Made by a program: the position numbers and the translations under genes
Notes under the pieces: model-generated
The model's database searches: none
Told to the model about the DNA's origin: nothing
What the model saw: the letters and a program-made list of their open reading frames with translations, nothing else
Shown: positions 9,561-19,100 of the stretch, one piece after another
Position numbering within the stretch: the stretch's first letter is position 1
Layout of the letters: each line of letters starts with the position of its first letter
Assembly (NCBI GenBank): GCA_041659005.1
Contig: JBAZZD010000001.1
Span: forward strand, 16,366-80,365
Source: Minisyncoccota bacterium
GTDB taxonomy: Bacteria > Patescibacteriota > Minisyncoccia > UBA6257 > GWB1-50-10
DNA length: 64,000 bases
Reading direction: 5' to 3'

Positions 9561-9694
9561 ATTAATAAAAGTTCTGGTGTCACATCCACCCTCTAGATGG
9601 TATGGAGTTTCTGGACTGTCCTATCTCCGTCAAAAGTCATTATTTTCGCTAACAAAATTTTGACAGGGATGAGTCGGTTTCACCAAATTTATCT

Positions 9695-9737
9695 GCTCTG
9701 CCAGTGGGACGCCGTTGGAAATAATTTAGTGGAATAA
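9695..9737 (+). repeat. Putative att-arm scar (recombinase-tail-like LCQWDAVGNNLVE*)
   Basis: Starts with gctc; gttggaaa falls in the same register as cttagaac of attL. Confidence 0.6.
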
Positions 9738-9802
9738 AAATCCCCATAGTATGGGGATGTCTCAAGTTTTGCTTAACTTTTGAAAAATTAAGCAAATTCC
9801 GA

Positions 9803-10318
9803 TTACATTTTTCTGCTGTCATATGCCCAATGTAAAACAGCCTGTCTTTGAGTGGGACGGCAGGTCAAATCTTTCGTTCGGCAATTCTTTCTTATCTGTG
9901 ATATATGTCGACGGATTGCTTTCCATCGCTTGATCTGTAGTTCATCTTCAATGGGAAGTCTTCTACCCATATAGTATCGGCAATACCACTGAAACCAACC
10001 TCTTGGATCATCCTTGTAAATCCAACCTTTTTTTCTCCAAACGGACAAGGGCTGACTGGCGTTCACTTTAAAAAAATTCAGCGTGTCATCATGATGTTCC
10101 GGCGAAAGTTTGGCGCGCGTAAACCAGTCTTTGGGAAACTCTTTCTTGCAATCGGTCATATATTTGCCGCCAAAAACGCCGAGCATGAGCATCTGTTTTG
10201 GCGTAAGCTCCGGTTTGAAATCCGGATGAAAATTTCGTCCCACCGGTTCGGTAAGTTGGTATTTGTAGCCCCTCTGGAATTTATCGTTTACTTTGACGGT
10301 CTTTTTCATAGATTTCAT
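9803..10318 (-). CDS. Conserved-looking hypothetical protein
   Basis: 171-aa ORF with motif-like blocks (LTPKQML.LGVFGG.Y; DPRGWFQWYCRYY.GRR; RQAVLHWAYD); hairpin terminator at about 9740-9758. Confidence 0.75.
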   Translation of the reverse strand: MKSMKKTVKVNDKFQRGYKYQLTEPVGRNFHPDFKPELTPKQMLMLGVFGGKYMTDCKKEFPKDWFTRAKLSPEHHDDTLNFFKVNASQPLSVWRKKGWIYKDDPRGWFQWYCRYYMGRRLPIEDELQIKRWKAIRRHISQIRKNCRTKDLTCRPTQRQAVLHWAYDSRKM

Positions 10319-10423
10319 TATTGACGATTATACCACTCTTTATATAATTTTATGGTATAATATTATTATATGTGTTGGAGGTCGAAACGCATACTGAGTA
10401 AAATTAAAAACTAACAAAACATT

Positions 10424-10630
10424 ATGAACAAACTCAATGCTTTCGACTGGCTTGCTGTGGTACTAGTTATCGTCGGTGGCCTAAACTGGGGATTAGTCGG
10501 TATTTTCAACTTTGATCTCGTGACCACCATCTTCGGTGATATGTCCGCGCTCTCAAGAGTCGTGTACGCGCTCGTCGGACTTGCTGCCGTCTATCTCGCC
10601 GCTATATCCATGAAGCTTGCTAAGCAGTAA
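10424..10630 (+). CDS. DUF378 family membrane protein
   Basis: LVIVGGLNWGLVGIFNFDLV..IFG...RVVYALVGLAA. Confidence 0.9.
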   Translation: MNKLNAFDWLAVVLVIVGGLNWGLVGIFNFDLVTTIFGDMSALSRVVYALVGLAAVYLAAISMKLAKQ

Positions 10631-10693
10631 GCTTTTTCTATTTAAATAAAAATCAAACAAGAAACCGTCTCTTTAACGAGCGGTTTTTTGTTG

Positions 10694-11368
10694 TCATTCA
10701 ATCTCAATCATTACTTCGTTTCTATTGAGCCACGGGGCGGTAAATGGCGCATTGTATCCAGCATATTCAGGTAATCCTTTCGGCATAATAGAATCTCGTT
10801 CTAAAAATTTGAGTAGTTCTTGTTTTTTATCTGCGACACGATCAGCATTTCTAAACCACGAAAACCTCAACGCTGCCACTTTTCGTGCCTCTTGGGGAAC
10901 AATCTTCACTTCGGGATTATTTGGTTTTGGCAGTGTCTCAAGTGAATATTCAAACGGCATAACAAATGAGATAATCCTTTTTGTATTATTTCCGGTTTCA
11001 ACTACCGGCGCAGTCATGGTCAAGACCTCACTCTCTTTTTCCATGACCGGAGTGGTCATTGCTATCTTTTCGGACTCTGCCTCTGTTACTGGAGCGGTCA
11101 TGGCAATGCCGGTTTGTTTCGTGTTATTGCCGAAAATATAATCAGCGAGAACACGGAAGCCTTGATTGAGCGCTTCATTATAAGTACCGGATACTTCAAC
11201 TTTAGCGGTAAGATATGGTTTATACAAACGTATTTCGTACCCCTCACTCTTCTCTACGACAGTATATTCAGGTGTTTTTACTGAGCGATTTAAAAAATAA
11301 CTAACCGCCGTCCACACGAGAAGTATGGCGACGATAACCAAAAGTATTATGTATATGATTTTTTTCAT
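10694..11368 (-). CDS. SOUL heme-binding family protein
   Basis: YEIRLY, GFRVLADYIFG.N, repeated IAMTAPV, YNAPFT.PWL.RNEV. Confidence 0.9.
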   Translation of the reverse strand: MKKIIYIILLVIVAILLVWTAVSYFLNRSVKTPEYTVVEKSEGYEIRLYKPYLTAKVEVSGTYNEALNQGFRVLADYIFGNNTKQTGIAMTAPVTEAESEKIAMTTPVMEKESEVLTMTAPVVETGNNTKRIISFVMPFEYSLETLPKPNNPEVKIVPQEARKVAALRFSWFRNADRVADKKQELLKFLERDSIMPKGLPEYAGYNAPFTAPWLNRNEVMIEIE

Positions 11369-11428
11369 TTGTATAGGAGCTAACAGATTGATTATAACAA
11401 ATAATTATAATAATGATTAAAATTCTCC

Positions 11429-11519
11429 GCTCCGATGGATAGCGGATGTTAGAACTATAATTGAGAAACAAGAAGGATATATTCATATTCCTGACTTTAA
11501 AATGTATGCTGATTTATAG
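11429..11519 (+). pseudogene. Orphan serine-recombinase C-terminal tail / attP-arm scar (LRWIADVRTIIEKQEGYIHIPDFKMYADL*)
   Basis: gctccga...ttagaac shared in register with attL at 13135; 29 open codons to TAG with no start of its own. Confidence 0.7.
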
Positions 11520-11547
11520 TTCACCTCACCACTCCACTCACTGTATT

Positions 11548-13050
11548 TTATTGCTTTGTTGTAACTTTTACTTCTGGATAATTAGATAATATCTCACTAG
11601 GAAAAGAAGCGTCGCTATTATTAAGATACTTATCAAAAAAAGATAAGATATAATCGTTAGTTATCCGTTTCATTGTATTGGCATCTATTTTACCAGTCAT
11701 GCCAATAAATTTAGTGCCTGGCATTATTATCTGATTATCATCAAAATTCATATGCTTACTACCTGAAATTGTAACCAAATAAAGCTTATTTTTGAATTGA
11801 TTAATAATAAAATCATTTACTCCAGAAAACGGTTCACTATACATTGTTATAAAAGGTTGCTGAATTTCACCACTAATCACACCGCCCCACTGAAATCCAT
11901 CCATATTAACACCAGCTTTGAAACGATTATCAATTAAACAAACCTGACCAGCCACTGCCCCCCCCATTGAATGGCCCAAAATTCCTAGACGAGATAAATC
12001 AAGTTTATTATAAAAAATATTGTCTTGTTGTAAATTAATTTTTTCTATTTCATTAATCATAAATTGAATATCATCTGTTCGCACATGCAAAACGGTATTC
12101 ATAAATACATCGCTATTCAATATTTGTTTGGCAATTTCTTTTTTTTCATTTACATCAATACTTGTCCAAAATTTTTGCCAAAGCGGCGTAGTAGTCCTTT
12201 GACCTTGTTGATAACTTTCAAGATGTTCTTTGCTAAATGGTATTATTTTACCATCGGAAGAAACTATAGATTGAGATTCATAGGGCTGATTTAAAGCAAA
12301 TACAATATAACCATGACTAGCTAACTCCTCCATCAATATCTGATAATCATCATAATTTGATAAAAAACCATTTGAAAATACAAGTACTGGATATACTGAC
12401 TGTTGATTTGAAACTGGTATATCTAAGTATGAATTAGTTTTTATCAAATTATAATGTCCAAAAATAAAGTTAGGTGTTCCTCCAGATTCAATTGAACCAA
12501 TCAGCGAGGTATCTTTTCTATAAATCATTGAATTTCCTACGGTCAAATCAGCTGGATACCATATTCTAGATATAAATTCACGATGATCAGTTGAATCTTC
12601 GGTAAATACTTCGGGGCGATTTATATCAGAAAAAGACATAAATGTCGTTCCTACTGCATAGTTACCACTTGGCTTTGGTAAGTTCACCACGGGAAATAAA
12701 TACAAAACAAAACCTGAAATTATTAAATATAATAAACCAAAAATAATAAGAATATATCTTAATATTTTAAATTTTCGTGACCCTATTTTGTTTATATGAT
12801 CTTCTTTTAATATTTCAATTTTTCTTCGTTTGATTCTAATTATACTTATTATACTAATAATGAATAAAATACTAGTTAAAATATATATTGGAATCATTTG
12901 CCACTGATATTTTACAAAAATTAGATGAATTACTATCAAGAATACCGTTAAGCCAGATAAAAAATTCATCCAATGTGATCTTCTTATTCCTGAAAATAAA
13001 AATCCAATTAAGGCTAGAAACAATAATGTGAAAATTGAAATTTTAAACAT
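11548..13050 (-). CDS. Membrane-anchored alpha/beta hydrolase (PAF-acetylhydrolase-like)
   Basis: N-terminal TMs; P.PSG.Y.VGT, LASHGYIV, GHSMGG nucleophile elbow, HMNFDD. Confidence 0.88.
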   Translation of the reverse strand: MFKISIFTLLFLALIGFLFSGIRRSHWMNFLSGLTVFLIVIHLIFVKYQWQMIPIYILTSILFIISIISIIRIKRRKIEILKEDHINKIGSRKFKILRYILIIFGLLYLIISGFVLYLFPVVNLPKPSGNYAVGTTFMSFSDINRPEVFTEDSTDHREFISRIWYPADLTVGNSMIYRKDTSLIGSIESGGTPNFIFGHYNLIKTNSYLDIPVSNQQSVYPVLVFSNGFLSNYDDYQILMEELASHGYIVFALNQPYESQSIVSSDGKIIPFSKEHLESYQQGQRTTTPLWQKFWTSIDVNEKKEIAKQILNSDVFMNTVLHVRTDDIQFMINEIEKINLQQDNIFYNKLDLSRLGILGHSMGGAVAGQVCLIDNRFKAGVNMDGFQWGGVISGEIQQPFITMYSEPFSGVNDFIINQFKNKLYLVTISGSKHMNFDDNQIIMPGTKFIGMTGKIDANTMKRITNDYILSFFDKYLNNSDASFPSEILSNYPEVKVTTKQ

Positions 13051-13099
13051 AAATTAAATGTATTGTTTTATTATTGATAATACCACCACTTGAACAAAT

Positions 13100-13129
13100 A
13101 AAAAACACTGATTATATCAATGTTTTTTT
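13100..13129 (-). terminator. Hairpin just outside attL, probably the pre-integration terminator of tRNA-Asn
   Basis: aaaaaacactgat-tat-atcaatgtttttt directly beside the tgg (CCA complement) of the att core. Confidence 0.55.
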
Positions 13130-13132
13130 AAA

Positions 13133-13249
13133 TGGCTCCGAGCTGTGCAGGAACTTAGAACCGTTATTTTAAGCGGTTGGCACTCCTACGAAATGGACGC
13201 GGCCGTTAAAATGCTCCGGGGAGAGGAACCGTTCGACTTGATTGATTAA
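13133..13249 (+). other. attL and displaced 3' end of the recombinase gene (WLRAVQELRTVILSGWHSYEMDAAVKMLRGEEPFDLID*)
   Basis: Open frame from tgg ctc (the recombinase's W-L codons) to TAA at 13247-13249. Confidence 0.8.
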
Positions 13250-13257
13250 AAAGTCAG

Positions 13258-14367
13258 TTACTTATTTTTTAAACCTTCTAAGTACTCATCCACCGCTTTG
13301 ATAAATATCTTAGGTTTTGCCAAATGAACATCATGTATGGCGTTTACTTTTACCACTTTAATATCTTTGATAATCGAACGGATTTTCTCAACATTGTTAT
13401 TATCCAACGCACCGATCAACCCCCAAGTTTTATGTCTCGACCAATATGCATGTATCAATAAAACAGGACATTTAATTTTTTTCAGTGTTTCTTCCGGATC
13501 AAAACCTTCGGTTAGTCTTCCGTCAATTGTCGCTTTTGAAAAATCGACATCATACTCACTTATAAATTTTAATCCTGCCCTTTGGTCAAACCTGGCATTA
13601 AGCAAATCATATTTTCTGGATGGACGAATTTTTTTATTAAATTCAAGGCTCATTGCTCTATAACTTGCTATAAAAGAAGGCATAAACAAAAGCTTTTCTT
13701 TACCTTCTATTGGAATCCCTTGTTTAGCGAAAAAGCCTTTTATGTCTCTTTTTGGTTTTCCAAGTGTTTCTATCGCGGTTTCAAAAAGGCGATACATGAA
13801 TTTTTCTTCTTTGATTCTTGGATACATTGAAGAAAAAAGAGGAGGGTCTTCGCTAATTGCTACAGAAACATTTTCGGGAGCATTGGCTGCCAGCCAAAGC
13901 GAAAGGATGCCTCCCGAAGAAAGTCCGGATACAATCGCGGGGTTTTTGATAACATTTTTCAAAAATTCTTTAAGGTCTTCCCCGATGATGTTATATGAAT
14001 ATTTTCCAGGAGTGTGCGTTGATTTTCCATGGCCCCTAATATCAACAACAAAAACGTGATAATTTTTTGAAAAATGAGGCATCACAAGTTCATATCCCTG
14101 CCAGAACTCCATTTGACCCGGAATAAATAACAACGAAGGACCATTACTTGGACCCTCAACATAATTTAAAGTTACTTTACCGGTATTAAATTTCTTTTCA
14201 GTAAATCCTTTGGGGATAGTTTCAACAGAAAGTCTAAACGGATTAAAAGTCTTTACAAGTAAAAAAACTATTACTCCCAGAAATATCCAGAATCCAGGCA
14301 CATGATAAACTACCATGGCTAAAATCGCCAATATCCCTAAAGCACCGTAAATGATCGCCCTGCTCAT
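13258..14367 (-). CDS. Alpha/beta hydrolase with N-terminal membrane anchor
   Basis: DIRGHGKS, GLSSGG elbow, C-terminal HDVH. Confidence 0.88.
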   Translation of the reverse strand: MSRAIIYGALGILAILAMVVYHVPGFWIFLGVIVFLLVKTFNPFRLSVETIPKGFTEKKFNTGKVTLNYVEGPSNGPSLLFIPGQMEFWQGYELVMPHFSKNYHVFVVDIRGHGKSTHTPGKYSYNIIGEDLKEFLKNVIKNPAIVSGLSSGGILSLWLAANAPENVSVAISEDPPLFSSMYPRIKEEKFMYRLFETAIETLGKPKRDIKGFFAKQGIPIEGKEKLLFMPSFIASYRAMSLEFNKKIRPSRKYDLLNARFDQRAGLKFISEYDVDFSKATIDGRLTEGFDPEETLKKIKCPVLLIHAYWSRHKTWGLIGALDNNNVEKIRSIIKDIKVVKVNAIHDVHLAKPKIFIKAVDEYLEGLKNK

Positions 14368-14417
14368 TTGTGTATTTTTATTATACCAGTATTCAATATG
14401 TAAAATATTTCCATAAA

Positions 14418-14702
14418 CTATTTCTTTTCTTTAGGCGGTCCCCACTGCCAGCGTGGTTTTTCTCCTTTCCAATATCCGAAAATGAATATAAGCGCAATCA
14501 TGAGCAGAAAGCCCAAGAGTGCCGCACCTGGTGCGTCATCGGTATCTCCAACATAAATACCGGCAATAACAATAGCTATTCCGATGATCACAATAAGCCA
14601 GCCTTGCCATTTCACCGGCACCCAGCCCCAGCCGTAGAGCTTGGCCTTGAACCAGTAACCCTGCGGATTGTCTTTTAAATATTTTATGTATTGTTTAAAC
14701 AT
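14418..14702 (-). CDS. Small membrane protein
   Basis: WFKAKLYGWGWVPVKWQGW...KGEKPRWQWG, two TMs. Confidence 0.75.
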   Translation of the reverse strand: MFKQYIKYLKDNPQGYWFKAKLYGWGWVPVKWQGWLIVIIGIAIVIAGIYVGDTDDAPGAALLGFLLMIALIFIFGYWKGEKPRWQWGPPKEKK

Positions 14703-14720
14703 ATATATTATCTGTTGTTT

Positions 14721-15284
14721 TTAATGCGATAGAAACTTTCCTAATAATCGCTCTTTAACCTGATAAAGCTCTTCTTTAGTAAACACATCCTGATAATCCC
14801 AAAGACGTCCATTTGAACTAAAAGCGTTCAAATAGTGCTCACAGTAAATTTTTGGATTAATAAAGATCGTGTCATCGCGTTTTTCCCAGCCTAGAGCGGA
14901 GGTGTAATCATAGCCAATATCGTAACCGCCGATACCAAGCCATTGATGAGCGAGTATATTACGCCAATTATGGATTGATTCGGCCACCTGAGAAAACCTC
15001 GTGTCAGATGTATCACCGTCAACAAATTTCTCCAAAAATAATTTATATCCCTCAGGACCGCTTTTGTTGAAAAAACCTTCGGAGATCGTAAGTGCGACCG
15101 CGTGAATACCAAGAAACATAAGTGATGTTTGATAGTGATCATCCTCGGTTGTTAAACGAATTTCGTTGTTAAAGAAATTAGCAATAGAATTCAAAAGTGT
15201 TTCTATAATTTCTACAGGAGAACCATTTTGAAAACGTTTGATTCTTTTCTCCAGTGGCTCCAAATTGTGTGCTCGATTTTCCAT
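14721..15284 (-). CDS. Putative HEPN-domain protein
   Basis: RNILAH fits the HEPN R-x4-H motif; defence-gene context. Confidence 0.6.
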   Translation of the reverse strand: MENRAHNLEPLEKRIKRFQNGSPVEIIETLLNSIANFFNNEIRLTTEDDHYQTSLMFLGIHAVALTISEGFFNKSGPEGYKLFLEKFVDGDTSDTRFSQVAESIHNWRNILAHQWLGIGGYDIGYDYTSALGWEKRDDTIFINPKIYCEHYLNAFSSNGRLWDYQDVFTKEELYQVKERLLGKFLSH

Positions 15285-15296
15285 CGTTGTTAATAA

Positions 15297-16166
15297 TTAA
15301 GGGTTACAAAATCTTATATAAACTCTTCGTAATTTATTACATAATTCGGGAATATTTTTTTTATCGACGTCTTCTGATTTAGGTATTTTATAATCACGAT
15401 GCACCATTTTATTTACCTCGTTTTTAAATACCCTGACTAAACTACACAAATCCTCAACCAAATCTTTGAAATCATAAAAGGCAGATGAATTTGCCTTTAA
15501 ATTATCAATTAATTTATCAAGATTTAAAATTCTTCCGTTAGTTGTGTCATACCATAATTGGTGATTTTGCTGTATATATTTTCCATTTTCATCCCGTTCC
15601 CTGAAAACTATTTCAAAAACTCTATGAATTATGCATTCTATTAATTTTCTGGTTAGAATCATCACGGCTAAATAAAGTCCTTCTCTATAGCTCTCATTTA
15701 TTTCTTTTTTTATGTAATCTAAAAATGGATCATTAAAATCATACTGTAAAAAATCTAAACTATTTTGAACCCCACTTATTTCTTCTTCTAATAATTCTAT
15801 TTTGTTTTGCGAAATATCTAGTTTGAAATTGGATTTTTTTACTTCGTCTAATAATTCTGGATACCATTTTTTAATATAGGTTCCGTAATAATTCCAGTTA
15901 TCTCTTTGTGTATTTTTTATTTTTTCATCAAAAATTACTTTCTCTAAAATGGCTAAATATCTATATGAAGGAACTCTTTGCATAAACTGAGCAAAATTAT
16001 TTTGCTCAGTACTCATGAATGAATAGGCCTCAAAGTTACTATAAAAATTATCGGGTAAATTAATCCCGTTAGCTTTTAAAAAATCAACAAATCCACCATT
16101 TTCATAACAGTGTATGTATAGCTTTTCAGATAATTCCCATATTCTGTTATTAATTATTAAAGCCAT
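15297..16166 (-). CDS. Hypothetical protein with C-terminal DUF4145/HEPN-like domain
   Basis: LAVMILTRKLIE...LDKLID...VNKMVH; the usual Arg of R-x4-H is Val. Confidence 0.6.
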   Translation of the reverse strand: MALIINNRIWELSEKLYIHCYENGGFVDFLKANGINLPDNFYSNFEAYSFMSTEQNNFAQFMQRVPSYRYLAILEKVIFDEKIKNTQRDNWNYYGTYIKKWYPELLDEVKKSNFKLDISQNKIELLEEEISGVQNSLDFLQYDFNDPFLDYIKKEINESYREGLYLAVMILTRKLIECIIHRVFEIVFRERDENGKYIQQNHQLWYDTTNGRILNLDKLIDNLKANSSAFYDFKDLVEDLCSLVRVFKNEVNKMVHRDYKIPKSEDVDKKNIPELCNKLRRVYIRFCNP

Positions 16167-16169
16167 ATT

Positions 16170-19100
16170 TTACGATTTTGGCGATATAAGTTCCTCACCT
16201 TCATCTAGGTGTCTTTTTATATCGTCAGCGATTGATCCAGTTAAAGAATCTACATAGTTTTTTATAACTCCTGGCTGGCACTTGGCGCTTATTTTTTCTA
16301 ATGCTTCTTTTTTATTTACTAATGCAGGTGGAGCTTGCCCTACTGTGGAACTATAACTACCACTTATCACCTGATGAGTAAAAACGTCTTTTGCTTCATC
16401 TAACACCCCTGCTTTTTCGGCCGCCATCAAAAAATTCAAAAACAAATCAATTGTATCTGCACCAAAAGAGATGCCAAAAAAAGCATTAGTAGCTATTTTC
16501 AAACTTTCTGCGTCTCCAGTCTTTATTTTGTCACCAATATAGTGCAATAAATAGTCGCCGTGTTCACTATCATGACCACCAATGCTTTTACCCAAAAATC
16601 CATCAATATCGAAAGAGAATAAAAGTTCCTCATTTCGCCAAAAATTAATTTTATCCATCAATTTTGCAAAATCATCATAGTTCTTAATTAGCTCCGTAGC
16701 CGAACGAAAACCGTCAAAGGGAATTGCATCAAATTTTTCAGCGCCTCTATTTTTAAAATATTCGCTCTGTTTTTTGAGACGATATTCAACCAATTCAATA
16801 AACTGATCCAAATCACCATTAAGTGCAAATTTTAATAGATCGTCTGTGTGATAATCTACCGAAGGGATATCTTTTATTATTTCAAATAATTTTTTACGAA
16901 TTTTATCTAAATCACCGCTTGGTAAATTCCAATTTACGGCATTGTGAACTAGAAAATCGAACATATCTAATACGTTGCTGTTGACTACACCACTTAAAGA
17001 CTGCTCAAGAATATTCACAACCTGGTTTTTTTCTGTTTGATCCCTGTCCTTAAAAATAAAATAAGAACGATGAAGAATAAGATTCTTAAGATAATCATCT
17101 GCTTTCTCAATAATCTGAGATATCCACGGCATAAATTCTGCCGTAGAAACATTATGTCGTATTATAAGGTCTAAAAGATTGTCTACAGCTTGGCGTTGAA
17201 GATTATTTAAATCTCCTAAGATTCGGCTAGCATATTTCATTATGTATTGTTTATCCCTATCGGAGGCAACTCTATAAATTCCGAGATGGAATCTATTAGG
17301 AACACTACTCAACAAATTTTCATCATCTACGATCTCAATAAATGATTGGTTATTGAATTTAGACCAAGTCTCAACTAAAGGAATAGTCTGCCATTGAGTA
17401 ATTCCCTTCACTTCATTCTCAAGTTCATATAAGTATTTAATAATCTCGGCTCTGCTTTTATATTTATTAGATAGCCTTTTTACTACCTCATCCAACTCTT
17501 CCTGTGGAAAATCATGAAGTCGAAAGTGATTATGAACAAGCCAAGACCATCTATCGCTCTCGGGGGCTCCAGACTCTATTTTTTTAAAATCGGAAATAAT
17601 CAAATCATGAGCCACAAAATATCGAAAAATAATGTATTCCATTGATCTCGGAAAATTTCTAAGTATGCCAGCAATTTTATCGCTCAAATCTAAATAAATA
17701 TTATTATTAGCCCAATATCTAACAAGAACGTCTTCGATAGAACTAAGCACCTCATGAGAACTTGTTTCGCTAATTAATTTCTCTAACCATTCAATAGCTT
17801 TTGTTTTATCGGATAGAATCCTCTTCCAAAAATCATCGCTTGTGGAGGTTGCCTCGTGACCGATGTCATCAACAATTTCCACGCCTATTTTTTTAATCTT
17901 GTCATTGGAGTGAAGAACCAACTTTTTCAGGACATCCATTCCTACATCTCTAAACTCATCCACTGGTTTTTTGTATATACCTTCATAACGCAGAATTCTT
18001 CTACCAAAAGTTATTTGGTTACCGTAACTTTCCCTATGTTCATGCGATCCAGAAAGGGATTCCAAGACACCATCGCTAGCAAGCCTTGCTTCGAGTTCGG
18101 TACAATTTCCTTTGCTAACCCAATCCAATAATTCCTTTAGTGATTGAGTAGCTGAAGCTATATTTACTTCAATGGGTGATATCGCTTGTTTTATAAGACT
18201 AGCGGGCTTGTAATTATCGTAAGTACCCTTAAGGTCTTTCTGGGCAAGATAAAGAATCAATTTTAATATTGCTTTTTCAAATCCAGGTACATGCAAAACA
18301 TGGTAAATGACTGGCCCATAAGTATCCCGATTTAGTCCATATGAATTCTGTGTATTCGATGAATTTACATAGGCATAAACCAAACTGATTGCCTCTTCAG
18401 GGGCTAAAAAAGCAATAGAAGCAGCGAGTTCTAATATTTTAGATTTAGATGAATCGGATGTCTCAGATGTTTCATTAATCCATTTTTGGAAAAGCTCCTT
18501 CACGGCTTCGTTCGCCGAATTCGTATCCTTATGTCTAGATGCAGCTGCCAAATTTGCTGTGAGTTGTTTAGGGTAGATAGATAACCAATTCTCAAACATT
18601 TCGTTCGCTAAATCTTTTCCATTTTCTTTATCTAATTCTACAGAAAGATAGATATCTCCTTTCATGTCAGGATTAAATCTTATCGAGGCGCCAACAACAC
18701 GAAGAATTTTTGCCTCAATAAGTTTATTCAGAGCTTCGTTTATTAAATCTACTTTTAATTCCAAAACAGTTGCCAACTTATCAAGCACATTATTTCCACG
18801 TTTTTCTTTTGAAAATGGGACAATAATAGATAGCTCTCTTAAAAAAGCCTTTGAGTTGCGTTCATCTAATACACCCTTAAGTGCGTTTACGGTTTCTTGG
18901 TCTAAATTATCTTTAATCTGCTTTTTAACTTGACTCGGGTTTAAGTCGCCACCCTTAATAAGTTTTCCTGTCGTGATTATTAAAAACAAATTTCCATTTA
19001 GTTCTTTTACGATTCTTTCTGGATGATTAATCTTTTTTGAATCAGCTGCTAGATTTAAAATTTCTATAAGTTCCTTCTCGGAAAGATGAGGTAACTCAAG

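Noticed and set aside
9570-9720. FMN, TPP or guanidine riboswitch, or hammerhead ribozyme assignment
   Set aside because: Conserved core sequences of those families were not found on either strand; kept only as an unassigned structure
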